Positions 10,888 through 23,900 are shown, numbered from the stretch's first letter. The stretch: 64,000 nucleotides of DNA from Histomonas meleagridis 2922-C6/04-290x (GCA_020184695.1 JAANOX010000270.1:1-64000), one strand, 5' to 3'. Notes: generated by a model not told the origin, from the sequence alone. A program made the numbers and translations.

Positions 10888-12075
10888 ATCTTTGCTATTG
10901 ATGTTATTTCCTTCTTGTTTAATAAAATAATTTACAATTTCAAAATTAAATGATTTAACTGCATAAGGAAGAATATTCTTTGGGATTTGATTAAATTCAA
11001 GAAAATATTTTATTAGAAAAATATTTCCATTTCTTGCTGCTTCATTAATAATATTATCATTGATTTTTAAACCTTTTTCAAATAAAAATGTAAAAATATC
11101 ATAATTATGATATATAATACATTGTTTTCCTAAATATTCCAAATTTTTTATTTCTTCAAATTTATTTTCATAAATATAAGTGAATATATCATTTCGATGA
11201 TATTTAATTGCTGCTTCATATGATCCATAAAATGATGAATGATTTTGTACACATAAATGAATTATCTCTAAATTCCCACTTGCAACAGCATATTTACCTG
11301 TATTATATATTTTAGAATTATTCATAAGCAAATATTTAAAGCATTTAATTGCTCCGAAAAATGCTGCATAATCAATAAGTGTAATCCCGCGTTTATTAAT
11401 AAATGAACACCTTTCATAAAGTGATGGTTCAATTGCTTTATTAAAATCAAAATTTGGTTGTGATGATATATCTTGAAGTTTTTCTATTTCATCATTTCGA
11501 ATTATTTTTAATATTTCATTTGGATTTACTCCTTCTTGAATTAATTTCTTATGATTTTCCCATTCATTCTGTGAAAGTGTATCTTCATTACTTGTAAAGA
11601 AACTTGCAAAAGGACTTTGTTCTTTACATTTGTTAATTTCTTCTTTTGACATATAATGTGCAAAAAATAAGGACGGATTATTTCGATTAACATTTGGTTT
11701 AATCAAATTATGTTCAATCATCATTTCAATAAGATAATTTGATTCTTGAGAATTCTTTTTAAGAAGAATTTGTGTAATCATTTCAATAATGTTATATTTC
11801 CCTGTTGACTCTTTGATTTTTTTGATATTTTCAATATTATTTATAAAGTTAAGATAGACATTAATATCAATATCAATGTTTTGTGAGATTAAAAATGTAT
11901 ATATTAATTGACAAATAATAAAACATGAAGAATATGGAAAATCAAAATCAAATAATTCTTTTATTATTTCGATTGATTCATCCATATTTTCATTCCTTAA
12001 ATTAAATATAGTCTGTTGAGTTAAGTGAAGTCTATCCATGTAGTTTTTTTGCTTGAAATTTTCGCGTTCCTCCAT
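10882..12075 (-). CDS. DUF3447/ankyrin-repeat protein, N-terminal uninterrupted part (locus A)
   Basis: Intact 397-aa ORF with the DUF3447-type core IIRNDEIEKL...LIDYAAFFGAIKCFKYLL...YAVASGNLEIIHL. It ends INSKD-I-stop at the start of the first spacer. Confidence 0.9.
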   Translation of the reverse strand: MEERENFKQKNYMDRLHLTQQTIFNLRNENMDESIEIIKELFDFDFPYSSCFIICQLIYTFLISQNIDIDINVYLNFINNIENIKKIKESTGKYNIIEMITQILLKKNSQESNYLIEMMIEHNLIKPNVNRNNPSLFFAHYMSKEEINKCKEQSPFASFFTSNEDTLSQNEWENHKKLIQEGVNPNEILKIIRNDEIEKLQDISSQPNFDFNKAIEPSLYERCSFINKRGITLIDYAAFFGAIKCFKYLLMNNSKIYNTGKYAVASGNLEIIHLCVQNHSSFYGSYEAAIKYHRNDIFTYIYENKFEEIKNLEYLGKQCIIYHNYDIFTFLFEKGLKINDNIINEAARNGNIFLIKYFLEFNQIPKNILPYAVKSFNFEIVNYFIKQEGNNINSKDI

Positions 12076-12076
12076 G

Positions 12077-12082
12077 AAATGA
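12077..12082 (-). promoter_or_regulatory. Trichomonad initiator (Inr) motif TCATTT
   Basis: TCATTTC lies directly before the ATG at 12075 and matches the TCAYTW Inr consensus. The motif is short and the DNA is AT-rich. Confidence 0.45.
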
Positions 12083-12389
12083 CCGTTAATTCAATTCATT
12101 ATTTGAATAGTTTATATCGACAAACTTTTCGAAATTGAGTTTGAATCTAAATTTTTGAGAAAATTATCAATAAGCTGTAAAAACATGTTTTTTTAAAAAT
12201 GCATTAAAAATATAATCAAAAAACTTCTAAAACTATATTCACATATTATAATCCAATAAGATTTTGCTAAATAAATAAATATTTAAATAGCAATTGTTAT
12301 TTAAAAATGCAAACGAAATAACAGCAATTTATAACATTTCATCAAATACAAAACCATAAATACAAAAATTATTTTTATTTCCCCGTTTT

Positions 12390-13634
12390 TTAAGTGTATA
12401 AAAGCCCAATATAACTCTTATCTGCATTTGTTCTTATTCCAAATGTATTTTCCACCAAGAAAGATCCATTTGGTAATTCCTTAATGATAGCAACGTATTC
12501 ACCTATTTGCATTATTACATTCGACTCATTAAAATCGCGAATGATAACTCCAAATTTTCGACTGATCCATGAAATGCATTCAGATGGAATATAACCAGTA
12601 ACGCGAGTCCTTGGATTCATCACATAAACCCAAGGATAAGTAGGTTCTTCTAAAAGTAAGATGTTCTTTCCTTTCTTACAACTCATTTCATTAGTTCCAT
12701 TTGCTTGATAGTCATGGATAACGTTCGCCAGGCCGATAGGATAAAGCATTGAAATTTCAACGGAAAGTTTCGTGTTGACGCCTTCGAACGCAGGGCCGCT
12801 TGTGTCGAGCGGAACAAAGTCAGTGGTGCTCATCTCATAGCGGACAATATGCTTGCTTTCGATAAAGCTTTGGAAGTCGTTTTCAAAGCTAATGAATTCG
12901 GCAAATGTCTTGAGATTTTTGGAACTCTGTTCAAGTGTTTGAGAAAATTCTTCAAACGAAGTTGATATCCATAATATGAGGTCTTTAATGGTGTTCTGAC
13001 GTTGGAAGAAAGTATCAGAAATTTTTCCAACGAGTTCACGATATTTGTTAATGGAGGCTTTGGCTGTTCGTATCATAGCAACTTTGGTCTTCTCGTGTTT
13101 GGCTCGAGCTTGAACAATTTTTCCAAACTGTAATTGGTATTGTTTTAAGATGCCTGAATTATTTGGATTAAGAACAATGTCATTTGTGTACTTGGCAAAA
13201 CGCTGTATCATCTCTGAATGTGATGAGGTAAAGTTTTCCATGACTTGTTGTACACCTTCAATTTTTGTTATTACCTCAAAAAGTTCCTCAATGGTTTCCG
13301 AGAGTTGATCCTTCCTTTTTGATGCAAAGGCGCCAACACTTGTAGTAAAAGTGTTGACAATTGCGTTCGACATTTGATTGAGTTTTTGTTGAATTTCTTC
13401 AAATTCTTTGTAGACTGATAAATATCCATTAAGTGTAGTTCCAGGAATACCAATTGCAACATCGTCTGAGCTATTGTTAGAAATTCTTTCAATGAGATTT
13501 GATTCATTTTGAAGTTTAAATTCGCCAAAAGCGTACGCCATAGCGAAAAAGTAATTGAGAATTTGAGAAATATCAACTTCAAAAGCTTGCTTTAAAAATG
13601 TAACATGTGCATATTCATCTTGTAAATGAGCCAT
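12390..13634 (-). CDS. F-BAR/coiled-coil protein with C-terminal SH3 domain(s)
   Basis: 414 aa. Helical N-terminus, then an SH3 signature (VIHDYQANGTNEMSCKKGKNILLL...WVYV...TGYIPSECI) and a second, degenerate SH3-like segment. Confidence 0.8.
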   Translation of the reverse strand: MAHLQDEYAHVTFLKQAFEVDISQILNYFFAMAYAFGEFKLQNESNLIERISNNSSDDVAIGIPGTTLNGYLSVYKEFEEIQQKLNQMSNAIVNTFTTSVGAFASKRKDQLSETIEELFEVITKIEGVQQVMENFTSSHSEMIQRFAKYTNDIVLNPNNSGILKQYQLQFGKIVQARAKHEKTKVAMIRTAKASINKYRELVGKISDTFFQRQNTIKDLILWISTSFEEFSQTLEQSSKNLKTFAEFISFENDFQSFIESKHIVRYEMSTTDFVPLDTSGPAFEGVNTKLSVEISMLYPIGLANVIHDYQANGTNEMSCKKGKNILLLEEPTYPWVYVMNPRTRVTGYIPSECISWISRKFGVIIRDFNESNVIMQIGEYVAIIKELPNGSFLVENTFGIRTNADKSYIGLLYT

Positions 13635-14203
13635 GAGATTGATTCACAGTCAAGATTAAAAACCGTTTTATTTCAATGCACATTGGGCAGTTTACTATAA
13701 AACTTTTTGATAATTATAACCGTATTTGAAAGGGATCATTTGAGTGGTTAACTATTCAAAAAGTCAATCACAAAGTTAAAAACTTCCCCTCGCACAACAG
13801 GTTTTTTAACAAAAGTTATGCTTTTTGATGTTAAATTTTATAAATCGCATTTGGTAAAAATATCATATTTTATAAACATTAACAATTTATCATAAAATTA
13901 TAATTTTGAAATATAAGATTCACCTTGAAATTTCATTTTGCCCAATCTAGATTGAACAATTTCAATGAATGTGCTTTTTTTTAACGTAACTATAGATATC
14001 TTCATCATTTTTATAACAAAAAAACAATATAAGTTTATTCCTTTTGTGCTTCAATATCTATTATTTCAAAAATTCTTGAAGGAACAATGCATTTTCAAGG
14101 TGCGTTGTCAATGGAAATAAAAAATCGGATAATAGAAATTAAACTTTTTTTTTGCAGTTTTTGTATTTATCTCAAATCTTAACCAAAATGAAAAAGAAAA
14201 AAA

Positions 14204-14275
14204 CTCGCTGACCGAGAATCGAACCCGGATCACAGGAACGACAATCCTACATGATAACCATTACACTATCAGCGA
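14204..14275 (-). tRNA. trnD: tRNA-Asp (GTC)
   Basis: 72 nt. Acceptor stem TCGCTGA/TCAGCGA with discriminator G, anticodon arm TAGGA-TTGTCGT-TCCTG, T arm CCGGG-TTCGATT-CTCGG, followed by a T-run. Confidence 0.95.
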
Positions 14276-14946
14276 ATTCGTTTTTTAAAATTGAAATAAC
14301 TACTAGTAATGTAATTAAAAAGTAAATTTTTAAGAAGCAGAATCCCCACATTCACTTTTTCATAAATGAAAAAATAATGACAAAATTTTTTAAACAAGGT
14401 GTTTTTCTGAAAACTAACTATTAATAGAATATCCTTTAATTCATATGAATATATTGGTCTATGCGATTTCGCACAATCCTCTTTTTTATAGTATTCTTTT
14501 TTAAATGCATGTGATGAAACTTCAATAAACGTAAATAAAGATTTTCTCATATACAGACTAATCGAGCTTGAGCAATGTTGGAAATTAAATTAGCCAATTT
14601 GAATAACCGTAAATTGACCAAAATTGAAAAAAATGGTGGAACACTAAATTGAGGGCAATCGTATTTGCTGCACAGCAAGGTGCGGTAAAAAGTGACACAT
14701 ATTTTTGACGTGTCAAAATATTCGACCCCAAATGCATTGAATATTTGACGTTAAAATGCTCATCCGAAAAAAGGCGCTTAAATTATTTTTAGCATGTTGC
14801 AAGCTCTGATTCATCAAATGATATGATTTGATCGAATGGTGCGATCTGTTTGATTCCATCTGACCATATAATAAAAACCGCTATTATATCTGCCATAACG
14901 GCTTTTTAACAAATGCAGTGTGTAATACCAAAGAAGAGAGAAAATA

Positions 14947-15312
14947 TTAAATCGATTGAAGAGTGTTTGTATGTTTTTTGTTGCAAATTGGATGGAAAAA
15001 GTCAATAATATGATAAATAATTGCTGAGTTAATAAATTTAATTGATATTTTACGTTTATCAATGAACTTAATTACATCAGGTAAACTATATTTTAAGTTA
15101 TATGTTTCACCATTTTTCTTAACATATATTTTACTAATATAATCATAGATGTTACTCTTACAACAAAATGTATCAGTATCACCTTTCAACGATTCAACTT
15201 CAGAAGTATCACATAATGATTGCGATAATTTAATCAATTCATCTTCATTTGATATAATGTATTTATTTACAATTAATGGATCATTTTCAATAATATCTGA
15301 ACATAAGACCAA
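14947..15312 (-). pseudogene. Unassigned coding fragment (121 aa)
   Basis: Protein-like composition but no recognised motif. Lies in a decayed mobile-DNA region. Confidence 0.3.
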
Positions 15313-15728
15313 TGGTCTTTAAATAATATAAATCTACTTGGATTAATAGGTATTTGTTATGAATAATATTTTGTAAATAATTATTTAGCTCATTTGCTGT
15401 GTCAATGGACCCATTCACAATAAGGTCATTATTATGGTGATTAAATGACATGGGATCATTATATTATCCTTCATTTTCATTGTTTTCATTAATATTTTGG
15501 TATTTTACTGTATATGGGTTTACGACGACATTAACATTTTAATTTTGTTGTAATGAATTTAAATTAAACTGATGTTAAGAAGGTTGTAGCACGATGAACA
15601 CTTATCGTTATGTTATTGTAATATTATTCGGTCAGTTCTCTCAAAAGACAACGATCATTTTACGTGTAAAATACCCAAAATCTTGATCGTTTTTACACAT
15701 TTGCTACTGAGTTTATTGAATGGTTCAT

Positions 15729-16100
15729 TTAAATAATTGAGAACTTCTTCTTATTCTTGTTAAGTACGATGTTCCTGTACGGCAGTTGAGCTGGCGTTCT
15801 TGTTGATCCAAAGAGGAGAGGCGCCAGCTGCCACTTATGACCATATAAGGAGGTGAACAAGATTAATTTTTGATCTTCATCTTCTGACCAAGGAACATTC
15901 TTCGTTGGTGATTCAGAAACAGATTCGATTACTTGTCTCATTTCAGGTTTGAAATCTGGATTGTCTTCAATTTCATCATTTTTGTAAATTGTCATGATCA
16001 TACCACAATTCCAATTCCAATTCCAATTCAGGGGGCACAGGAGGTACTTCATCAATATCGAAATTCTATTCAACAAGGTGATTTCGTATGAAATAATCAA
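15729..16100 (-). pseudogene. Myb-like DNA-binding domain fragment
   Basis: PWSEDEDQKLILFTSLYGHKWQ...RTPAQL matches a Myb repeat. Its 5' side is adjacent to the Tc1 remnant. Confidence 0.65.
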
Positions 16101-16108
16101 ATGTTTTG

Positions 16109-17263
16109 TTATTTTTTAATTAGCATTTCATTGATCCTTAATAGAAATCCACTACAAAGTTTGTTGATTGTTTCCATTGTTAGAACATTGTTCCAATATT
16201 CTAAACAATATGTTTTAACATCATTGATATTAATTGGATTTTTTTTTCGCGAACATATTGACTTATCAGAAGAGACCACACATTCTCGATAGGAGACAGG
16301 TCTGGTGAGTTTGCGGGCCAGTGATTTAACATATTCATACGTTTTTCCATCCAAGTAAGAGACAAGGATGATGTATGGGCTTTGGCCCCATCCTGTTGGA
16401 AAATTCGAGACTTATCATCAAAATTAAGTTCTAATACACCTGACTTAATAAGGTTGTAACAATATTGTTCTGAATCTATAGATATATCTGATATAACCAA
16501 TTGAAATGTATAATTTTCCCCGATAATTCCAAATACCATTATACTGTTATAGCATTTATTTTGTGATAAATAAATTTTTTCATTTTGTGACCCTTTTTTT
16601 CGCCATAAATTCGCATTATCAGGGTAAAGCGACATCTTTGATTTGTCTGAAAATAATAATGTGCTAAAATCTATATTGCCATCATATAAAATGAATATCC
16701 AAAAATCATCCTCTTTTAAATTTGTTCATCTGTTAACAAAGATTTCTTTTTTGGCGGTAAATATTTACAGCCAATTTTATTTCGTGTAACATTGACTGAA
16801 GTCGTACATATCTCAAGTAAATCTGAGATATTTCCATCGGAAATTCGAGGGTTTTCATATGTCATTGCTGTAATCTAATTGATAATTTCCTGTGTAACCT
16901 TTTGTAAGCGCCCTATTTTTGCTGGAGGACTCTCAGTAAATTTGTCAGTGTTTCTTATCTGATAAATCACTTATGAGATTGCAGTGGGGGATACACCTAC
17001 AACAATTTGAATTTGTCTGTAAGTGTATCCAAGAGATGACAACCTATAAATGGCATGTCGTTTGGTTTCTCCTGAAAGCACATCGAGATATGCAGCCCTA
17101 GTTTTAGCAATCTCGAGATTGAAATCTGTGGTAAAATCTCTTTCCATTCAGTATGAGAAACCGTTTCTATCGTGCAACAACCTTTTTGATATCAGTTTAG
17201 TATGAACTTTTGCCAAGAAACCTCTTGAACAACTTAATACATTGGATTTTGGAACTGACATCA
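16109..17263 (-). mobile_element. Decayed Tc1-family transposase
   Basis: FQQDGAKAH...WPANSPDLSPIENVW (DD34E-type). Upstream frames give an HTH (LGYTYRQIQIVVGVSPTAIS) and FSDKSR. Several stops and frameshifts. Confidence 0.85.
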
Positions 17264-18484
17264 TTTATCTAATAAAAAATATATATTCTATCATATTTAA
17301 ATTAACGAGTTTGATAATATAAAGAAATTAACATTAAAAAATAATTTACTATTAAACAATTACCATATATTAAATATATAAACTTTCATATTGATGATTT
17401 CGTTATATAAATATATTTATATATACCCATTTTTACCTTTTATTCGTACAAACGATAGAGTTTGAATCAAACATAGTTTGTTATTATTTGTGAATAAAAT
17501 GATCGGCAGGAAATTGAATGCATTCAAAATTGAATGCATTGAATATTTTCCCACAAATTCAAAAAATCAGATCAAAATATACTGAAATAATTGAATTGGT
17601 TTTTTGTTGTATTTTAGCTGAGTTAATATCTATGTTTCTTTTGCATAAAATTTGAAAAAAATCAAACAGATATTTTGTAAATAATATTTAGATGTCATGT
17701 GTCACTGAAATAATGAAAAATCAAAAAAAAAAATTTTGCGCATCGATCAGATCGGCAACACAGAAACATGCATTTTGAACAATATTTAAAAGTTAGAATA
17801 TAATAATGCCTACTGTGTTAAATATCATGTTAAATTCAGATCCATATTTTTAACGTATTTTTCATACAATTTAAATAAAGAATAACTCAACACACAAACA
17901 ATAATATTTTTTATGAAAATTATTTTTGGAAACTACATCATGAGCACAATCAATTGATATATTGAAAATATGAAATTCTTCAAAAAAGTGAAAAAGTGAT
18001 TGATCATTTCGACTTTTTTCTGACAAAAAACAAATTGAAATCAAAATCGTTTTATTCCAATGTTATAGGTATTGTACGAGTTTTAAAATTTTTGCATTTA
18101 TTTACTCACTCGGTTTCTGGGAAAATAGAATTATAATTTTTAAAAAACCAAAAAGTGACAAATTGCATGGAAACTTATTTGACTATGTTTGTTCAAATCT
18201 TTTCCTTTAATTAGACAATGATTTCATTTTGTTATTGATAATTTATGCTGGTTCATGTTTTCTTTGATTTATTATTCATGATAATTGAGAGATGAAGCGT
18301 ATACAATAATTGTCATTTATTCTTTTGCAAAAAATAGTGTAAAAAAAAATACCATTTTTTCAAAGGTTTATTTCATCAATTCAATGATTCCTTTTGAAAA
18401 AGTTGAATTTTTCTGATGAATTGCTCATAATTTCAAAAAACACATCAAACTTATGACTTCACATTTGTGATTTTTTTGAATTTT

Positions 18485-19640
18485 TTATTGTTTAATTAAT
18501 TCCCAAGATTCCTCGATATTTTCTTGAGAAATACTGAGCCATGATTCAACAATAATTTCAATTGATTCTTGATATGTTATGTTTCTCGTTTGGTTCTTAA
18601 AAGCCAAATGCTCAAATTTTTTTCGAGCTCTTGATTTAAGTTCCCCATATACCTTAACATCAAGAGGTTGATATTTTGATGTTCCCCCGGCTGGAACAAA
18701 TAATAGCTCAATTTGAAGCTCTTGAGCTTTCAACTTAACATTTTCTGCTTGATGAGCAGGAAAAATGTCCCAAACTAAGGCACATGGTTCACCATTGGCT
18801 TTATTATGAATCTATTTCAAATAGGAAATCAGAATATCATCATTAGCCCATCCACGTTTAAGTATGGGTTAAAATCAAATTTTCGTTTGATTTCCCAAAT
18901 TTCTTCTCGGACCTATTCGTTTTGCCTTTGGCAATAATCCAAAGCGGCAACTTTGACCCATTTGCATTAATTGTCGCGATGGCCGTCAAAGTTAATTTCT
19001 CGTTTTACATTGATTGGATCTTAACCGTTGGCACTCCAATCTTGTGTAATACTTTTGCTGGGGTGTTCGAAATTTGCCAACAAATTTCATCCATGTTGAA
19101 AATTTTTTCCTTCGGATATTTCTGAAATATTAATTTAAGCTTATCTTGGGAAGTTTGAACATATTCATCATTGATATTTGTTCGCCTTTCTGCATGTGGT
19201 TTCCGATATGATAGTTTATTGCGCTTCATGAAATCGCTTATAAATGTAGTAGACGCGCAAAATCGTTCATATTTTGGATTACCACTTAATGAAAACTAAT
19301 TGAGAGCTTACATCTTAAGTGATAATGTCGTAGGTCCGAAACCAGAGTCGGCTTGTTGTATAATTTCTTCTGCCATACTCGCTTCGGTTTCTTTCGAAAA
19401 TACCCTACGATTTGGATGCCCTTCGCAATTCGGATACCAGTTCTTATTTTCATTCCTTTTCTGGTGCCAATAACTGAGTGTTGATTTAGGAATACCAGTG
19501 GCTTCTTGAATTCGAGTTAATGAACCACGTGGCAATTCCGATTCAGTTAAAATATCCAAAACGGGTTGAAATTCTTTTGGCGCGTAGGTATCGTGGCGAT
19601 TGGATTTGATTTCCTTGAGTTTATTCAGTTTTTCTTCCAT
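18485..19640 (-). pseudogene. pogo/CENP-B-like (DDE_1) transposase, fragmented
   Basis: HTH GIPKSTLSYWH, then MKRNKLSYRKP, IFNMDE, and FVPAGGTSKYQPLDVKVYGELK, split across at least 3 ORFs. Confidence 0.85.
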
Positions 19641-19651
19641 TTCCTGAATGA

Positions 19652-22476
19652 GAGTCTGGGTAGCATACCCAAAACATACCCACTTTTGGACGGTTATTCC
19701 CACAATTTTCGACTTTTTGAATTCGATGTAAAATAACCGTCTCATTTTTCCAAAATTTTGGATAAAAAAAATTTCGAAAAAATAAAGCTCAACAAAATAA
19801 AATAATTTTAACAATAGTAAGAACTATATCAATATAATTATTCATGAATAGTATAGAATTAAATAATAATGAGTATTCGTGGAAAAAAACGATTTTGAAA
19901 ATAATCATAAAATATTATAAAATAAATAGTATAATCGAATTCTCCATATGTTAAAACATATTACTGTATTTTTTTTTGCCAAAATACAAAATGTATATTG
20001 TGTTATTAGCAAATGTTTTTGATGTCCATTATGCATTATTGAATTCATGTTCAAAAAGTGGGAATTGTGAAGAAATAATTTCATTCAATTTTAATTTCAA
20101 TACTTTACATTTTTGCCACAATAAATTCTGAACAAATAAAAAATGACATTGTAAAACAAAATAATTTAAATGAATAATCAATAAATAAGAATAATTATAT
20201 ACATTAAGCATTGACAAACAATGAGCTACAAAATATATTCTTCAATAAGCATTAAATGACAATAATTTATGAAAAACATTATTTACAATCATTGATAAAT
20301 AATGAATTATAATGATTTGTTTTATTAAACAATAATAAACAAAGAATATTAATGATTTGTTTTTTTAGACATCAATAAAATATGAATAATAATGATTTAC
20401 TCTATAAAGCAATAACAAACAATGAAGTTTAATGATTTGTTTTATTAATCATCAATAGACAATGAATAATAATGATTATCATTAATTAAACATTAATATA
20501 CAATGATTTATAATGATCATCATTAATTAAACATTAATATACAATGATTTATAATGATCATCATTAATTAAACATTAATATACAATGATTTATAATGATC
20601 ATCATTAATTAAACATTAATATACAATGATTCAAATGATCATCATTGGCTTTTATAAATTTAACTTGCACCTTAATATTAACTTTTTTGTATATAAGCAA
20701 ATATTGTTATTATATTCATTTGCTTATAAATGTTCATTAAATAATAAATTATTGTTTTCTGAAGTATAGTGAGATTAAAAAATGATTCATAGCTTTTTAG
20801 ATGATCAATATTTCTTTGTTTACAACAAGTTGTTGTCTATTGATTCACATAAAAGATTTTTATATAAAAATCGATTATTGATAAAATAATTAAAAATTTA
20901 TTATATTATATATAATATTTTATAAATTATATCATAATTTATTGCATTTCGAATGTTAAGCATTTTGCTTTAACAAAATCTTCTAATTATTTCATTTATA
21001 TATTTAATAAAAATTGATATATTAATTGATTGTTTTTTAAATGCTAGTTTTTAATTTCGATGACAATAAATTTGTGCTTAATGTCTAACATTTTACTTAA
21101 AAACTCTCATGTTGCCTAATTGAAATTATAAATCATTGTTTATTAATGTTTAATGTAAGAAATGATTATAAAACTTTGTTTATTAATGTTTAATGTAAGA
21201 AATGATTATAAAACTTTGTTTATTAATGTTTAATGTAAGGGGTGATTATAGAACTTTGTTTATTAATGTTTAATGTAAGAAATGATTATTATTCATTGTA
21301 TATTAATGTTTAATTAATGATGATCATTATAAATCATTGTATATTAATGTTTAATTAATGATGATCATTATAAATCATTGTATATTAATGTTTAATTAAT
21401 GATGATCATTATAAATCATTGTATATTAATGTTTAATTAATGATGATCATTATAAATCATTGTATATTAATGTTTAATTAATGATGATCATTTGAATCAT
21501 TGTATATTAATGTTTAATTAATGATGATCATTATAAATCATTGTATATTAATGTTTAATTAATGATGATCATTATAAATCATTGTATATTAATGTTTAAT
21601 TAATGATGATCATTATAAATCATTGTATATTAATGTTTAATTAATGATAATCATTATTATTCATTGTCTATTGATGATTAATAAAACAAATCATTAAACT
21701 TCATTGTTTGTTATTGCTTTATAGAGTAAATCATTATTATTCATATTTTATTGATGTTTAAAAAAAAATCATTAATATTCTTTGTTTATTATTGTTTAAT
21801 AAAACAAATCATTATAATTCATTATTTATCAATGATTGTAAATAATGTTTTTTTCATAAATTATTGTCATTTAATGCTTTATTGAAGAATATATTTTGTA
21901 GCTCATTGTTTGTCAATGCTTAATGTATATAATTATTCTTATTTATTGATTATTCATTTAAATTATTTTGTTTTACAATGTCATTTTTTATTTGTTCAGA
22001 ATTTATTGTGGAAAAAATGTAAAGTATTGAAATTAAAATTGAATGAAATTATTTCTTCACAATTCCCACTTTTTGAACATGAATTCAATAATGCATAATG
22101 GACATCAAAAACATTTGCTAATAACACAATATACATTTTGTATTTTGGCAAAAAAAGAATACAGTAATATGTTTTAACATATGGAGAATTCGATTATACT
22201 ATTTATTTTAAAATATTTTATGATTATTTTCAAAATCGTTTTTTTCCACGAATACTCATTATTATTTAATTCTATACTATTCATGAATAATTATATTGAT
22301 ATAGTTCTTACTATTGTTAAAATTATTTTATTTTGTTGAGCTTTATTTTTTCGAAATTTTTTTTATCCAAAATTTTGGAAAAATGAGACGGTTATTTTAC
22401 ATCGAATTCAAAAAGTCGAAAATTGTGGGAATAACCGTCCAAAAGTGGGTATGTTTTGGGTATGCTACCCAGACTC
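19652..22476. repeat. Long inverted repeat: ~995-bp arms (19652-20646 and 21480-22476) around an ~830-bp spacer
   Basis: Near-perfect reverse-complement identity. The ORF track shows twin 62-aa ORFs at 20029- and 21910+ differing by one residue. Confidence 0.95.
21131..21655. repeat. 40-41-bp tandem repeat (about 4 copies of a 40-bp variant, then about 8.5 copies of a 41-bp unit); reverse-complement copies at 20470-20646
   Basis: Unit AATGATGATCATTATAAATCATTGTATATTAATGTTTAATT. GATCAT occurs at 21322, 21363, 21404, 21445, 21486, 21526, 21567 and 21608. Confidence 0.95.
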
Positions 22477-22813
22477 CCTTTTGAATAAAGCTTTTTGGTT
22501 TTTCGTCGAATATCATTAAAGTTAGTGATTTTGGCGCCAAATATGAAAAAATCAATAAAAAAAATGAGAGAAAATAAAATTTATAATATTTTTAATAATT
22601 AATGCAAATTTAAGGTTATCATTATTTAAATCTTTCGCAACAATTGGATGTAAATATGAAAAAATTACTACAAAAAATTCAAAAATCAGAGAAATCATTT
22701 ATATTAATAAATATAGCTCAACAAATGAAAATTTCAGATTTTCATATGTAAAAAGCCAAAAATAGAATTTTTTTAATGAAAAAAATTTTTTTTAAATTCA
22801 ACAATTTCATGAT

Positions 22814-23003
22814 AATCGCTGCTTTGACGCAAAATTGTGAATCTCCTGTAGCTAATTACTGTCGCACTTCGAGTTCCTAAAAACAAAATTTTTTGAAATT
22901 ATTAGAAATAATTTCAAAATTTTTTTTTCGAGAATCGCTGCTTTGACGCAAAATTGTGAATCTCCTGTAGCTAATTACTGTCGCACTTCGAGTTCCTAAA
23001 AAC
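22814..23003. repeat. 71-bp direct duplication (period 119) near the right TIR
   Basis: AATCGCTGCTTTGACGC...GAGTTCCTAAAAAC at 22814 and 22933. Confidence 0.9.
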
Positions 23004-23445
23004 GACATTTTTCGAAATTATTGGAAATTATCAAACATGAACGTTCTCGATCTCAAACTGAGATTTGTGATTCGAGCCCCAACTAACTGTTTTCGAGTTT
23101 CGAAAACAAGAAGAACGTCATGACAAAAATAAAATGTCTCAAATTTCTTTGTTGTAAATTTTACAACAAAGACTCTCAATTTTCGTATCGTTTGTACGAA
23201 TAAAAGGTAAAAATGGGTATATATAATTGTTGTAAATAGAAATAATATAAAAAAATTTGAAAAATCAGGTTTAAATTCATTATATGATATACATAATAAT
23301 ATAAATATAAAAATAAATAACCCATTAAAAAACACTTTTAAAGGAATATTTATATTAATGTATAATTCAAATATTAACGATATTACTATAGTTGATGGGG
23401 AAGATTATAGAATTTAATTTTTAAATTTATTTTTATTCAATGATT

Positions 23446-23900
23446 TCATCTACCACCACTGTTGATGACCTGCTCTATGGAAGCGTTTATTATTTCGATT
23501 TGTGGTCTTCCCTCTGAACGCATTGCTCTGACCTCCAACAACGCATCTTCGAAGTATATACCTATCGGTGAAATGAACTCAATATTTTTGATGATATTAC
23601 TATTCGTTAATTCATTTCCAAATAATTCAATTTGCACGGTTCCTGCAGATGAGATCCCCCCATAAAGTTCTTTTATTCTGCAAAGGGTAATCCAATGAAA
23701 AAGTTGTTATTGTCTTTTCCATGATAAATTTTTTTCTGTGTATTGACACCACTACTATTATATTCATTTAAATAGTAATATGGTTGAACGGAGGTCTTTA
23801 TATCATTATTTATACTTGATAACAAACTTCCGTTTAAGTTAAGTGCATCTAACATCATGGTTATGTTCCTTGGATCATCGATAGTATCATATGATTCTCT
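23446..23900 (-). pseudogene. Fragmented gene, possibly Maverick/Polinton capsid-like C-terminus
   Basis: Consecutive frames read NNFFIGLPFAE / FMGGISSAGTVQIELFG...IYFEDALLEVRAMRSEGRPQIEII, a beta-rich pattern recalled from double-jelly-roll capsid ends. Not verified. Confidence 0.3.

Larger units (their letters stand above)
17426..23217. mobile_element. 5.8-kb TA-flanked TIR element containing a pogo-type transposase remnant and a foldback repeat
   Basis: Perfect 32-bp terminal inverted repeats CCCATTTTTACCTTTTATTCGTACAAACGATA at 17426-17457 and 23186-23217, with TA outside both ends. Confidence 0.75.

Noticed and set aside
14680-14703. GCGGT(A/T)AAAAGTGACACAT motif, also reverse-complemented at about 27960-27980
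   Set aside because: Only about 20 bp, two copies, with no associated structure.
20029-22098. Twin 62-aa ORFs at 20029- and 21910+
   Set aside because: They are by-products of the inverted repeat, with low-complexity translation and no homology signal.
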